Below are positions 9,101 to 16,186 of a DNA stretch of 19,155 nt, one piece after another. Source of the stretch: Fibrobacterota bacterium. GTDB taxonomy: Bacteria; Fibrobacterota; Fibrobacteria; UBA11236. The notes beneath the pieces are model-generated. The model worked only from the letters and a program-made list of their open reading frames with translations. It did not search any database and had not been told where the DNA came from. Location: the NCBI GenBank assembly GCA_043753995.1, contig JAYUVP010000127.1, forward strand, positions 1-19,155. Direction: 5' to 3'. The stretch's first letter is position 1, and each line of letters begins with the position of its first letter. The translations under genes and the position numbers were made by a program.

Positions 9101-9779
9101 CTGGATCCAAGGTGACCGATCCGGAAGCGACGGTATCCGTGACAATCACAATGGCCGTGTCGGCCTTGGTGGTGTCATTTTTGGCTTGGGCTATGACCCT
9201 ACTCATCCCCACCGATTCACCGTAGGCCCTGACGGAAATCCCGCTATCGCCGTTTTGAAAAACCAGATAGCTGGCGGTCCCTTGGGTTTTCCACAGCAAC
9301 TTTTGTGGTGCCTTGGTCGGTAAGATTGCCGCGGAAAAAATTTCGCTCTGAGCCCCTAATTTTGCCTTGATGGTGTCGACGGAAAGGGATACGGAAGCGG
9401 GCGGCGAGGAAAAGTCAACGGTCGTCGTCACCTGAGTGATATTTTTCGCGCCGTCATAATTACGTAATTGATTCAAAACCAACTGGTCATTATTGAAGCC
9501 CTGAATGGTGAAGGTGACCTTACCGCCATCATAATCGCCCACGGGCAGGGCGCTCAATCCATCTTTGGAAAGGAGTTTGCCATCAAATAGGGTATCGGGA
9601 TGGCCGGACTTATTGTCTCGAAAAATGACCAATCGATCGAAGCTCAGCCATGACGAGTCCGCTTCGATTTGGAATTTGTCTTCAGGGGAAGTGCTATTGC
9701 ATCCTACGAAAAGAATGGCCGCAGAAATCCATATAAAAGCCGTAATCACAATAGCGCGTACAAGTCCGGCGAAGCTCAT
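6132..9779 (-). CDS. Giant surface lipoprotein: Big_2 Ig-like repeats, PKD-like domains, cadherin-like beta-sandwich, C-terminal LamG/ConA-like jellyroll
   Basis: Start moved to ATG 9779 (SD GAGGG, no overlap with the upstream gene). Lipobox FVGC; VATVDSEGKVTA (Big_2); WKWDFDGNG and WDYDGDG (PKD); ARLDGLSISAGKLFPAF (cadherin-like); QWTHAAGVYNG..LYVNG..GALDDIRIYKRALT (LamG). Confidence 0.9.
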   Translation of the reverse strand: MSFAGLVRAIVITAFIWISAAILFVGCNSTSPEDKFQIEADSSWLSFDRLVIFRDNKSGHPDTLFDGKLLSKDGLSALPVGDYDGGKVTFTIQGFNNDQLVLNQLRNYDGAKNITQVTTTVDFSSPPASVSLSVDTIKAKLGAQSEIFSAAILPTKAPQKLLWKTQGTASYLVFQNGDSGISVRAYGESVGMSRVIAQAKNDTTKADTAIVIVTDTVASGSVTLDPDTVRIAENGASYSLRVTVLPTGAKVTFASRDSLVATVDSEGKVTAQRAGTTVIAVTSEAGQSDSSIVEVLTVNIIPSVTLLPDSIQLKENGQAFRLQPHVVPVGAKVNFVSRDSSVATVDSMGRVRSRKLGKTYVVAFTEAGERDSSIVEVIQEIVPLGSVRMSPDSIRLKEGGKKDSLQIIRSTDLASAKVSFQSRDTMVIQVDSLGGFRTVKPGKTWIVAFIAGGEPDSSLIDVFANANPVIESFSPNTTVSIRDTVNFQLNAQDADGVIRTVVWRLGKDTSVVVRDTLEKSMVQKSRSQAYPDTGLFWARITVTDENGGSTRDSVSVRVILDPPVVYAGRDTAAKSGESLAFTGMATQTFGRVVMWKWDFDGNGSWDDSSTSTPNLSHAYFKDARYSAILYARDDDGNVATDIRLVDISSSSLVLFGLSPRDTVISIKDSIPFWAQSASSDGQVRLISWDYDGDGAQDDTLSVNETSLTFRGGHRYNLAGVYKLALKVTDNSGRTVKDSARITVKQDPPKALAGADTLVFTGTKITLHAKGMDSLGVIVKKEWSIAGANFVTASQQDTAFTAPNSVSVLSCILRVTDDDGFSSLDTALITVALHREARLDGLSISAGKLFPAFHSDSLVYRDTVGLSVASIRLSATLHDVTANMKLKDKVLISGTPSDTLILNMGLNSFQFAIVAADTSYKKTYTVNVMKVDDVPPSAPVVSVQDTSAAAVLGRPIWTWVSGGGGVNAGYRYKLNDPVMTSGATATALTTYQPDSLKIGYHTLYVQEKDSANNWSPRASAPVWVGPISWYKLDNNGVDSGLNAAPLKITDGMVFSADRKGAKFSALEFSGKGESALVSSPKVAAGSSFTFSFWFLNPGTHASSISFAATPGNEIFFAMKMTTLEFGVSAPTASSVSGTWVANQWTHAAGVYNGKTVQLYVNGKIAGSLALPGTITGDLTDLLFGGSVETPWSGALDDIRIYKRALTAAEVAKIFAQ
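8394..9119 (-). repeat. Three tandem ~82-aa Ig-like (Big_2) repeats within the giant lipoprotein
   Basis: SVxxxPD..AKVxFxSRD..VDS.G..DSS(I/L) occurs three times. The 18-mer GAATCCACCGTGGCCACC is identical at 8740-8757 and 8986-9003 (246 bp apart). Confidence 0.85.
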
Positions 9780-9792
9780 GAAGTGCCCTCGA

Positions 9793-10419
9793 TTAATTTG
9801 CGGAGATGACGTAGGTTTTCCCCTCGCCTTCATCGGATTGCATAAGAAGTACGGCTGTGACCCCCGCGCCTACTGCCACGGCCCCACCGGCGACCCAATA
9901 CCAAATCGGATTCATGCCGCCCTTTTTTGGTTTTGCGCCCGCCGTTTCCGACATGGGGGAGGCCGACGCGGAACCCGCCTTTTGCGGCAAGCTTATTTGA
10001 GTCGTATCGACGCCGAAATTTTTCTGGCGGGTCATGAATTCTTTGCGGACTTTGTCGAATATTCGATCGACATCATCACTGACATACATTTCCACCAATT
10101 CCGCCGAGGGAAACATTTCCAACATGCGATACATGAAGTATTTCCCTTTCTCGCGTGTTTCCGGATTGGCAGAGTAGACCACGGCCAAGTGCTTGAACAC
10201 GAAAAGGCTGTCGGACCGAATATAGGAAGCCTTGCCACTCGTGAATTGATTAGTTAATCGAATCACGGCATCAAAGTCGCCTTCATTATAGGCGCTATGG
10301 ATGGCTTTTTGATCGATGGTTACTGCGCCGACGAGGAGCGGTGCCAAGGTCAAACAGGCAAACAGGAATTTCGAAAATCCACCCTGTTTGGCCTGATGGG
10401 CCTGATTGGTAATACCCAT
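9793..10419 (-). CDS. Exported helical (TPR-like) protein with a C-terminal Gly/Ala-rich hydrophobic helix
   Basis: Likely start ATG 10419 (SD GGAG). Signal-like FLFACLTLAPLLVGA; TPR-like AYNEGDFDAVI and HLAVVY; low-complexity linker; WYWVAGGAVAVGAGVTAVLLM near the C-terminus. Confidence 0.75.
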   Translation of the reverse strand: MGITNQAHQAKQGGFSKFLFACLTLAPLLVGAVTIDQKAIHSAYNEGDFDAVIRLTNQFTSGKASYIRSDSLFVFKHLAVVYSANPETREKGKYFMYRMLEMFPSAELVEMYVSDDVDRIFDKVRKEFMTRQKNFGVDTTQISLPQKAGSASASPMSETAGAKPKKGGMNPIWYWVAGGAVAVGAGVTAVLLMQSDEGEGKTYVISAN

Positions 10420-10486
10420 TTCCGTTCTCCAAAATCTGCCAGGAAAGCTAATCACTCCTGGCCGTGACCTTGGTAGGAGACGAACC

Positions 10487-11689
10487 TCAAATGGCGATGT
10501 CGATACTGAGTTTGTGAAAGCTCAGCGGCCTTTGTCCGGGGTAGGTGCCGGTCTCTTCGACGGTGTAGAGATAGGACAAATAAAGGAAATAGCCGCAACG
10601 AATTCCGAAACTGGGATAGCCGTCGTTTGCTCCCAGTCCCACGAAAAAGACTTCGCGGCCTGGCTCGGTTTGGCCGGTGCCGGTTTTGCGCTGCAGGTTA
10701 CCTCGCATGCCTGCGCCCAATTTGAATTGCTTGAACCAAGGCGTGCCGGGAATTAGAAAGTGATTCCAGTCGAAACTTCCCGTGAACCTAGTCACAAGTC
10801 CATCTAGAAAATACGAGTCCAGACCATAGCTCACCCCGACATTGGGCTGCGGCTTCAGGAGTTCGCCCCCGAGCACGGCGGGAAAGTCAAGCAGGGAGGC
10901 GCCGGCGGTCCAATGCTCATCAATGTCTTTCACCACGCCGAGATTGATTCCCACGCCTTGCTCCGATTTGGCGAGGCTGCTAGCGACGGCGATTTTGTCC
11001 TGCGCCGAAGCGAGGCCTTCGTTTTTCTCCTTCATGGTATTGTAAACCGAAGCGAATCTGTCGTCGCTGATACCGATGAGTTGGCGATCCAGGCGGGAAC
11101 GGTGCAGGTAACGCACGGTCACGCCAGCACTGTATTCCTGAGGCAATAGGAAACCCCGGCCCACGCTCACCACGAAATCATTCACCGCCCCCGCTCCGAT
11201 GACCGGAGTCAGCACGGCCTTGGTCAGGGTCAAGTCATAGCGAATGTCATCGACCACGGCGAGGGAATAATCGTCATAAGCTCCGGCGAGCACAAAGCTC
11301 TGGGCGAAGGGCGCCCACTTATTCGACACCGGCTGTATATGGGCGAGCAGGGAGTCGATGCTATTGAACTTGCTGTAATTTTCGGAGGCCCATTCGGCAT
11401 AGTCGAGCAGCACGGCATTGAGGCCTAAATCGCCATAAAGTTGGAAGCCGCCGCCTTTATGGCCTTCCAATAATGCGGGGTTGATGAATAGGGCGCCCGT
11501 GCCTCGGCTGGTCGTCACACCCGTGTGACCCATGGCCTGATCGTCCCAACTGCGCCAACGCGGGCCGCGCTCGGCATGGACCGAGATTGCCGCCCAGGTC
11601 ATGACGAGACCTGCGAACACAAGGCGCCTGGCCACCCGGATCCTCCGGTCGGCAACCGATGCCAAAGCTTTCCTGCACAAGCTCTTCAT
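10487..11689 (-). CDS. Outer-membrane beta-barrel, TraF_2/FadL/PorV-like
   Basis: Signal peptide ending AISVHA. AMGHTGVT..ALFINPALL matches the N-terminal 'aMGga...alfyNPA.L' motif of FadL/PorV/TraF_2 barrels. Amphipathic strands; GANDGYPSFG; ends LSIDIAI. Confidence 0.8.
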   Translation of the reverse strand: MKSLCRKALASVADRRIRVARRLVFAGLVMTWAAISVHAERGPRWRSWDDQAMGHTGVTTSRGTGALFINPALLEGHKGGGFQLYGDLGLNAVLLDYAEWASENYSKFNSIDSLLAHIQPVSNKWAPFAQSFVLAGAYDDYSLAVVDDIRYDLTLTKAVLTPVIGAGAVNDFVVSVGRGFLLPQEYSAGVTVRYLHRSRLDRQLIGISDDRFASVYNTMKEKNEGLASAQDKIAVASSLAKSEQGVGINLGVVKDIDEHWTAGASLLDFPAVLGGELLKPQPNVGVSYGLDSYFLDGLVTRFTGSFDWNHFLIPGTPWFKQFKLGAGMRGNLQRKTGTGQTEPGREVFFVGLGANDGYPSFGIRCGYFLYLSYLYTVEETGTYPGQRPLSFHKLSIDIAI

Positions 11690-13683
11690 GGCAAGTCCTC
11701 GTCAATCCAGCCATCGCCGTCATTGTCGACGCCGTCGAGCTTTTCTTCGTCTATGCCGAAAACCCCCGCCTTCCATTCCGATCGCGGGGGCATGGCCCCA
11801 ACCCAGATATGCTTGTACCGGCAAGCGAGGCGCAATTCGGTTTCCGTGGGATGCACGGCGTCCTTATAGGCCTGGGGCAGGTTCTCATAATCGTCCAGGC
11901 AGTTTTCACTGGGGCCTTCGGTCAAGAAAGGCGAGTAGACTAGGTCGAGTTCGGCCTTGCCCCCATTGCGTGCGAGATAAATGCGATGTTCAATCGAGCC
12001 GATGCAATCCTCCCTCTGCAAAGGGGCGGCCTTCATGGGTTGATCCGTGTCGATGTCAGGGCAATTGTTTTTGTGATTCGTAGCATCCTCCCATTGCATG
12101 GAATCGATGTCCTTGCCTATCATGTCGGTCGTCAAATTGGCGTCATTGTCATCATCGAGGCCGGGGGCATTGCGTCCGTCTTCATCCTGTATGCCGTCAT
12201 AATCATTGTCACGCTCATCGATCATTTCCTCGTCGACGCCGAAAGGTCCGGATACCCAGTCGCTGCGCGCCGGTGGGCGAATATTGGGTTTGAGCGTCGA
12301 ACTGAGGACGTCGCATAGGCGATCGACGGAATCACGAATTTCGCCAGTGAATTGGCCAGCCAGAGGCAGGCCCGCGACAATTTCATGGCAATGCTTTTTC
12401 ATCAGCGCCACGCGAGAATTGATGGAGTTGTCGGCTTTCAATTCTGGGTGAAGGTTCAAGAATTCGACGAAGGTAAGATAGAGTTCGGCATGCCGATACC
12501 GATGGACAGGATGGCCTAGGACCAAGGCCTCGCGAGTGAAGCCCGTGGGTGGATCGGCTTGGTCATAATCCCAACGTATGGCGCCGTCTTTGTCATAGTC
12601 ATGCCAGCGCATCATGCCGGTGGGTGCGCCGATGCCGGACTGCGCGTCGTAATCATTGTCCTTGCCATCCTTGAAGCGCATATAACCGAGAAAGCTCTGC
12701 ATGTCGCTCACATTGCCGACCACATCGCTGAGTTCACTGTTCAAATTATCGAGCTTATTTCGATTCAGCGATTCGCTCACCGATTCGAGATTGTAATTGG
12801 CGCCCGCCAGTGGCCCTTCCATGGCATCGAGAAAGGCATTGAGGTCATTGGGATTGGTGGAAACGTCACGGGCCTTCATGTCGCGGCTGTCGAGATTTTT
12901 CAAATTCACGTTGCTGGTCAAGGCCTGATAGCTGATGAGCCTTTTCACTTCGGAAAGCGGGCCGTTCTTGCATTGGGTGAGATAGGTTATGCCCGTTTCG
13001 CAGGCCTCGCCGCCATCGGGGCAAAGGTTGCGGCCGCAAGCGCTATCGATATGGCCATTCCCGTCCAGATCGAGTGGCCCCAGCATACCATTGAGGGTTT
13101 GCAATAATCCCAAGTCTAGTTGGGCCACCGCCTCGCTCACACGTCCGTCGCCAGCAGTATCGCCGTCAGGCAAAAGGCTTACGCGGGCGCTGAGTACCAC
13201 GGTGTCGTGGGAGCGGCGTAAAATGTGATTCAGATCACGAACGGATTCGAAAACGGGATGGTAAATCGAATCGATATTGTTCACTTCATCCGTGGAGTCG
13301 ATGAAGGGCAGGCCCTTGGCGCTGTCGCCGCGCTTTTTTTCGAATTCGCCATTGAGCTTGGCATAGTCATGGCCGTAGAGCGACATGATAGCTTGGGCAT
13401 GATAAAGATGGGCCTCGGATCCGCTGGGATTCTTGGCCTTGGCGCGCGCGAATAAATTCACCGCCTGGGCGAAGTCCCCGTGATTGATGGCCTCGCTGCC
13501 TCGGGCGAGAAGCCCGTCATAATCGAGATCCCCGGTTTTGTCCCTCGCTAATGGCGAGAAGAGGTTGCATCCCCAAAGGAGCAAGGCGGCCAAAACACCC
13601 GTGGCGGCATAACCCTTCATTCGTGATGTCGGTTTTTGATTCAGGGCTTTCCCTGATTCGCCCTTGAACATCGAAAATCCCAT
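11686..13683 (-). CDS. Lipoprotein with an N-terminal TPR and repeated DxDNDxDGxxDE putative Ca-binding motifs
   Basis: Lipobox LLWGC (alternative start ATG 13620). TPR RGSEAINHGDFAQAVNLFARAKAKNPSGSEAHLYHAQA. Motifs DLDGNGHID, DGKDNDYD, DERDNDYDGIQDED, DGVDNDGDGWIDED. ATGA overlap with the barrel gene. Confidence 0.85.
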   Translation of the reverse strand: MGFSMFKGESGKALNQKPTSRMKGYAATGVLAALLLWGCNLFSPLARDKTGDLDYDGLLARGSEAINHGDFAQAVNLFARAKAKNPSGSEAHLYHAQAIMSLYGHDYAKLNGEFEKKRGDSAKGLPFIDSTDEVNNIDSIYHPVFESVRDLNHILRRSHDTVVLSARVSLLPDGDTAGDGRVSEAVAQLDLGLLQTLNGMLGPLDLDGNGHIDSACGRNLCPDGGEACETGITYLTQCKNGPLSEVKRLISYQALTSNVNLKNLDSRDMKARDVSTNPNDLNAFLDAMEGPLAGANYNLESVSESLNRNKLDNLNSELSDVVGNVSDMQSFLGYMRFKDGKDNDYDAQSGIGAPTGMMRWHDYDKDGAIRWDYDQADPPTGFTREALVLGHPVHRYRHAELYLTFVEFLNLHPELKADNSINSRVALMKKHCHEIVAGLPLAGQFTGEIRDSVDRLCDVLSSTLKPNIRPPARSDWVSGPFGVDEEMIDERDNDYDGIQDEDGRNAPGLDDDNDANLTTDMIGKDIDSMQWEDATNHKNNCPDIDTDQPMKAAPLQREDCIGSIEHRIYLARNGGKAELDLVYSPFLTEGPSENCLDDYENLPQAYKDAVHPTETELRLACRYKHIWVGAMPPRSEWKAGVFGIDEEKLDGVDNDGDGWIDEDLP

Positions 13684-13901
13684 AGGAACCCTTCCAATAA
13701 CTCAAGGACAATTCAACAACAACTCAAGCAAGGCGAACTAATCTAAGGCCAGCAGAGGCAAAGTTAATCCGCGGCTTTACGTGATAGTTGAAGAGTTTCG
13801 GGAACTTGTGGGACGCTTGTGCCCGAATCAGGCCGGGGACGTATCGCGTACGAGACCTCGCACCCCATGCCAACACTAAAGGTGGCGTAAGAAATGCCAC
13901 G

Positions 13902-13910
13902 TGTTATAAT
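13902..13910 (+). promoter_or_regulatory. Extended -10 promoter (TGnTATAAT)
   Basis: Perfect TGTTATAAT, ending 6 nt before GTG 13917. Confidence 0.65.
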
Positions 13911-13916
13911 CGGAGC

Positions 13917-14171
13917 GTGACAACTTGGCTACTCGGATTCCTCATCACCTATATGCTTTGCCTCAGCGGCTTTTCCCTTTACATGCATTTCGAAGGGCGC
14001 AAGGCGGGCGACAACCAGCATACAGTCAAGCTTTTGCCCCCGCCTCCGGGATGGAATCGTCAGGTAGAAGGGTCCTCGGCGCGCCTGAATGGCCTTGCCG
14101 AAAACACCCTCGTCCCGTCTGGTACGGTTCAGCGCAGCGAAGCGATATATTCCGCTTCGGCGCGCGCATAA
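13917..14171 (+). CDS. Putative small single-pass membrane protein (84 aa), probably leaderless
   Basis: 3' part of ORF 13788..14171. Hydrophobic N-terminus WLLGFLITYMLCLSGFSLYM followed by a Pro-rich segment. Start fits the extended -10. The 3' end overlaps the xylulokinase gene by 43 bp. Confidence 0.5.
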   Translation: MTTWLLGFLITYMLCLSGFSLYMHFEGRKAGDNQHTVKLLPPPPGWNRQVEGSSARLNGLAENTLVPSGTVQRSEAIYSASARA

Positions 14172-15733
14172 GCCTCGGCCATGGCACCATAGGCGCGATG
14201 CGCTTCGGCGTCGGGCTTCACCGTAAAGGTCGCTTGCAAATGCGGCTGAGTGAGCGTGGTCCAATCCCAAGTCTTTCCCTGGGCCTTCGCATAGCCGTGT
14301 TGAGCACGCACAGCCGCACCTAAAGCCGCCGCCGCGGCGGTTTCCTGGCGCGATACTGGCACCCCGAAAACATTGGCCATGACTTGCAGAATCGCGGCAT
14401 TATTGCTGGCTCCACCGGTGGCGGCGATGGCTGACGGGGTCTCGCCCATCCAGGCACTATGCAAACGCATCGACAGCATTTGCGCCTCCACCACGGCGCG
14501 CACATGCCCCGGGGCATCGCCTTCGTCGAGATTCACGCGTTTCACGCCGGCGCGGTTAATGCGCGGAATGATTTCCGTATCGAAATAAGGCAAAAGCATT
14601 TTGCCGTCATTGCCTGGCTTGCCCTGGCGCAAAATCTCCGAGAAAGCTTCCCAGGAAAGATCGTAGCGGTTCTTCACCGCCTCGCGCGCCAGCGATCCAT
14701 TCTTGTAAACGCAAAGAGCCATATAGGCGCCGGTGGGGCTACCGAAAACATGGGAGCTTCCAGCAGGATCGGTTTTCGGCTCGGACATATAGGCGAAAAG
14801 CACATCGCTGGTGCCCAGTGAAATGCCGAGGCGTCCGCGCGAAATGAGGCCTAAGCCGACCAAGGAGGCGGGATTGTCACCCGTACCCGGCAAAATACGG
14901 CAGTCGGTATTGAAGCCGAAACGCTCGCAAAACCAAGGGGCGATGGCGCCGACGATGACATCGCTGGCAACTATGGGCGCGAGCTTGGTATCGAGATTCG
15001 GAGCCGTCGCCGCCAGGGCCGCGCCACTCCAACGGCCCTTGGCCAAATCCATGAGGCTCATGCCCGCGCCGTCGCCCGGATCAATGCCCACCACCTTGCC
15101 AGCCAATAAACTGGGAATAAAGCTCGAAACCAGGAGCACTTGCCGTGTCGCAGCATAGCCCTGGGGATCGGTTTTGAAGAATTTGCGGATTTGCGGTCCC
15201 GTGAAGCGCTCAAAACACTGCGAACCCGTCAATGAGCAGACCGTGGCATCGCCGCCCAAGGCCGCCGTGATTTCCCGGCATTCTTCGGAAGTCGAGGCAT
15301 CCATCCAAATCGGCGAAGTTGCACGGCTATAACCGTTTTCCATTTGATCGACAAGGCTGCGCTTGGGATCCAGGGTCGCCAAGGCGCGCTCCCCGTGGGC
15401 ATTCAAATACACCGAGGCATGTTGCTGGCCCGAGGTGGCAATGGCAGCGACTCGGGAAAAATCGACGCCCTCGGCGCGAAGGTGAGCGAAAAGGGTTTCT
15501 AAGGCCTTGACCCAAAGCTGGGGTGGAGTATGGGCCACACCGGGTTCGGCGGGCAAAACCCCATTGCGAGTCCCGAATTCCGGGAAAAACTTGTCAAAGT
15601 TGAGGCTTTTCTCGATCAAAATGCGAGTGGAAGCCGGATCATTCACATCGCCTTGTTCCAAAATCATGGCCGTGAGGCTTTGGGTGGAGCAGTCGAGTCC
15701 GAGATAGGTGCGGGATGGGTTGCTTTGAGTCAT
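14129..15733 (-). CDS. xylB: D-xylulose kinase (FGGY family, eukaryote XYLB/Xks1-like subgroup)
   Basis: YLGLDCSTQSL, SGQQHASVY, SPIWMDAST, ERFTGPQIRK, LVSSFIPSLL, TGDNPASL, ISLGTSD, NGSLARE, ATGGASNN. Confidence 0.88.
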   Translation of the reverse strand: MTQSNPSRTYLGLDCSTQSLTAMILEQGDVNDPASTRILIEKSLNFDKFFPEFGTRNGVLPAEPGVAHTPPQLWVKALETLFAHLRAEGVDFSRVAAIATSGQQHASVYLNAHGERALATLDPKRSLVDQMENGYSRATSPIWMDASTSEECREITAALGGDATVCSLTGSQCFERFTGPQIRKFFKTDPQGYAATRQVLLVSSFIPSLLAGKVVGIDPGDGAGMSLMDLAKGRWSGAALAATAPNLDTKLAPIVASDVIVGAIAPWFCERFGFNTDCRILPGTGDNPASLVGLGLISRGRLGISLGTSDVLFAYMSEPKTDPAGSSHVFGSPTGAYMALCVYKNGSLAREAVKNRYDLSWEAFSEILRQGKPGNDGKMLLPYFDTEIIPRINRAGVKRVNLDEGDAPGHVRAVVEAQMLSMRLHSAWMGETPSAIAATGGASNNAAILQVMANVFGVPVSRQETAAAAALGAAVRAQHGYAKAQGKTWDWTTLTQPHLQATFTVKPDAEAHRAYGAMAEAYARAEAEYIASLR

Positions 15734-15741
15734 GGTTGGCT

Positions 15742-15747
15742 AATATA
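15742..15747 (-). promoter_or_regulatory. -10 element TATATT of xylB (probably leaderless)
   Basis: Minus strand reads GC-TATATT-AGCCAACC-ATG, with no SD in between. Confidence 0.5.
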
Positions 15748-15770
15748 GCCGCCCCTTTTGCTCCCAGCTA

Positions 15771-15799
15771 TTGGCTAATGGTTCCGTCCTGCCTATATT
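15771..15799 (+). promoter_or_regulatory. sigma70-type promoter of tRNA-His
   Basis: TTGGCT (15771-76), 17-nt spacer, TATATT (15794-99), ending 15 nt before the tRNA. Confidence 0.6.
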
Positions 15800-15814
15800 T
15801 GTCTCCCCCTCCTT

Positions 15815-15891
15815 GGTGGATGTAGCTCAGTTGGTAGAGCAGCGGTTTGTGGTACCGCTGGCCGCGGGTTCAAGTCCCGTCATTCACCCCA
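15815..15891 (+). tRNA. tRNA-His (GTG) with encoded G-1 and CCA
   Basis: Acceptor GTGGATG/CATTCAC; G-1:C73; D arm GCTC/GAGC; anticodon stem GCGGT/ACCGC with loop TTGTGGT; T loop TTCAAGT; terminal CCA. Confidence 0.97.
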
Positions 15892-15940
15892 CCTTTTCCC
15901 CGTCCTTCCAATCCTATTTGCGGTTGAAACCAGATGATGT

Positions 15941-15961
15941 CGTCTAAGCGCGTCTAAAGCG
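15941..15961. repeat. Short tandem direct repeat downstream of tRNA-His
   Basis: CGTCTAAGCG directly followed by CGTCTAAAGCG. Confidence 0.5.
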
Positions 15962-16186
15962 GTGAACTATAAACTTTTCGCCACTTTGTCGCGCTCATTA
16001 GATTGCGTAAAGGTTTCATATTTGTTTTGGCTTCGTATCTTATGCCCGTCGCAAAAAGCATACAGTGACGCCGGCAAATACCGAGGCTGTCGTTACTCTT
16101 GCGCTGCGGCTGACGTCGAAAGTCGTCGCGTTCGCCATCGAGTATATGAACTCACCTTTCGAGGGCGACGTGGAAAGGGTTATTGA

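Noticed and set aside
9780..9833. Upstream ATG (9833) for the giant lipoprotein
   Set aside because: It overlaps the previous gene; ATG 9779 has an SD and gives a more normal lipoprotein signal length.
10487..11689. Conjugative element implied by the TraF-like barrel
   Set aside because: No relaxase, coupling protein, VirB4 or other transfer genes in the window.
15962..16186. ORF whose TGA directly precedes the in-frame hydroxylase ATG (possible readthrough or selenocysteine)
   Set aside because: The upstream peptide is not protein-like, no SECIS was recognised, and the hydroxylase has its own SD-like site.
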